From Intoshia linei (taxonomy: Eukaryota > Animalia > Orthonectida): a stretch of DNA of 47,325 nt. The notes under the pieces were generated by a model. That model worked only from the letters and a program-made list of their open reading frames with translations, made no database searches and had not been told where the DNA came from. Of the stretch, positions 46,196 to 47,325 are shown in pieces. Numbering within the stretch: position 1 is the stretch's first letter; each line of letters starts with the position of its first letter. Both the position numbers and the translations under genes were made by a program. Where the stretch lies: positions 1 through 47,325 of the forward strand of contig LWCA01000153.1 of NCBI GenBank assembly GCA_001642005.1. The letters run 5' to 3'.

Positions 46196-47325
46196 ACTAG
46201 GCTGTTAACCTAGTTAACTAGAAAAAAGTATTTTTGCCATATGAGTTTATTTTGAATTCTCTACAAGTATGTAAAATTTCACACTCCAATTATTGACGTA
46301 ACCCTCGCGCAAAAAAATTAAAGTTTATATATCTTAAAAAATCCTTAAATAAATAAAGTGATAATCAATTTAAAAAATTAATTAAATTACTTAAGTACAT
46401 GCAATTAAGAAAGAAAAGAGTTAACTGTGGCCTAATCGATAAAGATTTAAATAAAATGACAAGATTACCATTTAAGAATAAGGTGTTCGGAAGATATTAC
46501 CACCTCATTATGGTAAATTCGGGAATTTTTAAGACTATTATTTTAAATATATTGGCGAAAGAAATTAATGATTTATGGACTTGTTTTTCATTGGAACCTA
46601 TCAGTTTAGGATTGATCAACTTAAAACTGAAAAAAGATATCTTTAGTTACAAGAAGTTAATAAAAAAGTAAATAGAAATAAAACAAAACCTAATTGGGAT
46701 GAAGTCCTCAACGTCACAGATTATAAAATCAAATTGTAAAGTGAGGATGAAGCTTTCTTTAACCTTCACAAAAGATAGGACAATGTTCCAATATATTTTT
46801 AGTTATACAAGGGAAAAAACCGAGAAAGAGCCTACAAGTGGACAATTTTTAATATGGAAGATAATGACGAAGGAATTAAAATGATTTATCTGATTACGTA
46901 AATTTACCCAATAAACTTAAATCACAAGATATTGGCAGAGTTGTATTGATGAAAAATACCTTTGTGAGGAAAGCCGTAATTATTGTAGCTAAAGGAAATC
47001 CAAATTGCAGAGTTCCTACAATGTTTGAGTTTATAAAAAGTCAAAAGTAACTTCATATTTTATTGGGCACCTGCATGGTTCACTTCACGTTTTAAAAGCC
47101 CCTTGGTGTGAATTAGAAGTTTTCCTAAAATCTCATTATTATTTTAAAGCTTACAATTGTATGAGACATTGGACGAAGAAGGAACACCCATTTGATATAG
47201 TAGATACAATTGAAATTGCCGAAAGAAGTTTGGCCACTATGGGTAGCTACATCAATAGTGTTAAGAGTTACACTATGTTAAAGTTTAATTCCATTTTTGA
47301 TAACAATTAAAGTATAACTATTTTT
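46196..47325 (+). mobile_element. Probable decayed transposase-bearing element in CDK intron
   Basis: Intron-free, stop- and frameshift-broken coding-like stretches (e.g. FIFYWAPAWF...). Starts near TAGGCTGTTAAC. Family not recognised. Confidence 0.3.

Overview
A very AT-rich eukaryotic (metazoan-type) genomic segment with GT-AG spliceosomal introns. Many introns are tiny (about 31-57 nt), while a few are inflated to 0.3-2 kb by transposons. This architecture resembles compacted genomes such as the orthonectid Intoshia; that is an inference and was not verified. Manually spliced housekeeping genes are UBE2G2 (3'-incomplete), TIM8, GOLT1/Got1, UMPS, PIGG/GPI7, RPRD2, an intronless MFSD6-like MFS protein, DDX46/Prp5, KIN17 and a divergent CDK4/6-like kinase (3'-incomplete). 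There is also a clean 5-exon orphan gene. Non-coding space is dominated by mobile DNA. A non-autonomous Helitron-like family has one complete A|TC...CTAG|T copy and about ten partial copies, one of which carries a Ty3/gypsy pol fragment. A THAP/P-superfamily element with a 7-bp TSD is nested in a foldback MITE. Nested hAT MITEs with perfect 8-bp TSDs, a hAT transposase relic and a 72-nt tRNA-like pseudogene are also present. I found no CRISPR array or rRNA, and I cannot claim a wholly new biological system. The best leads are the Helitron-embedded gypsy fragment, the nested P-type element, the orphan gene and the hybrid CDK.
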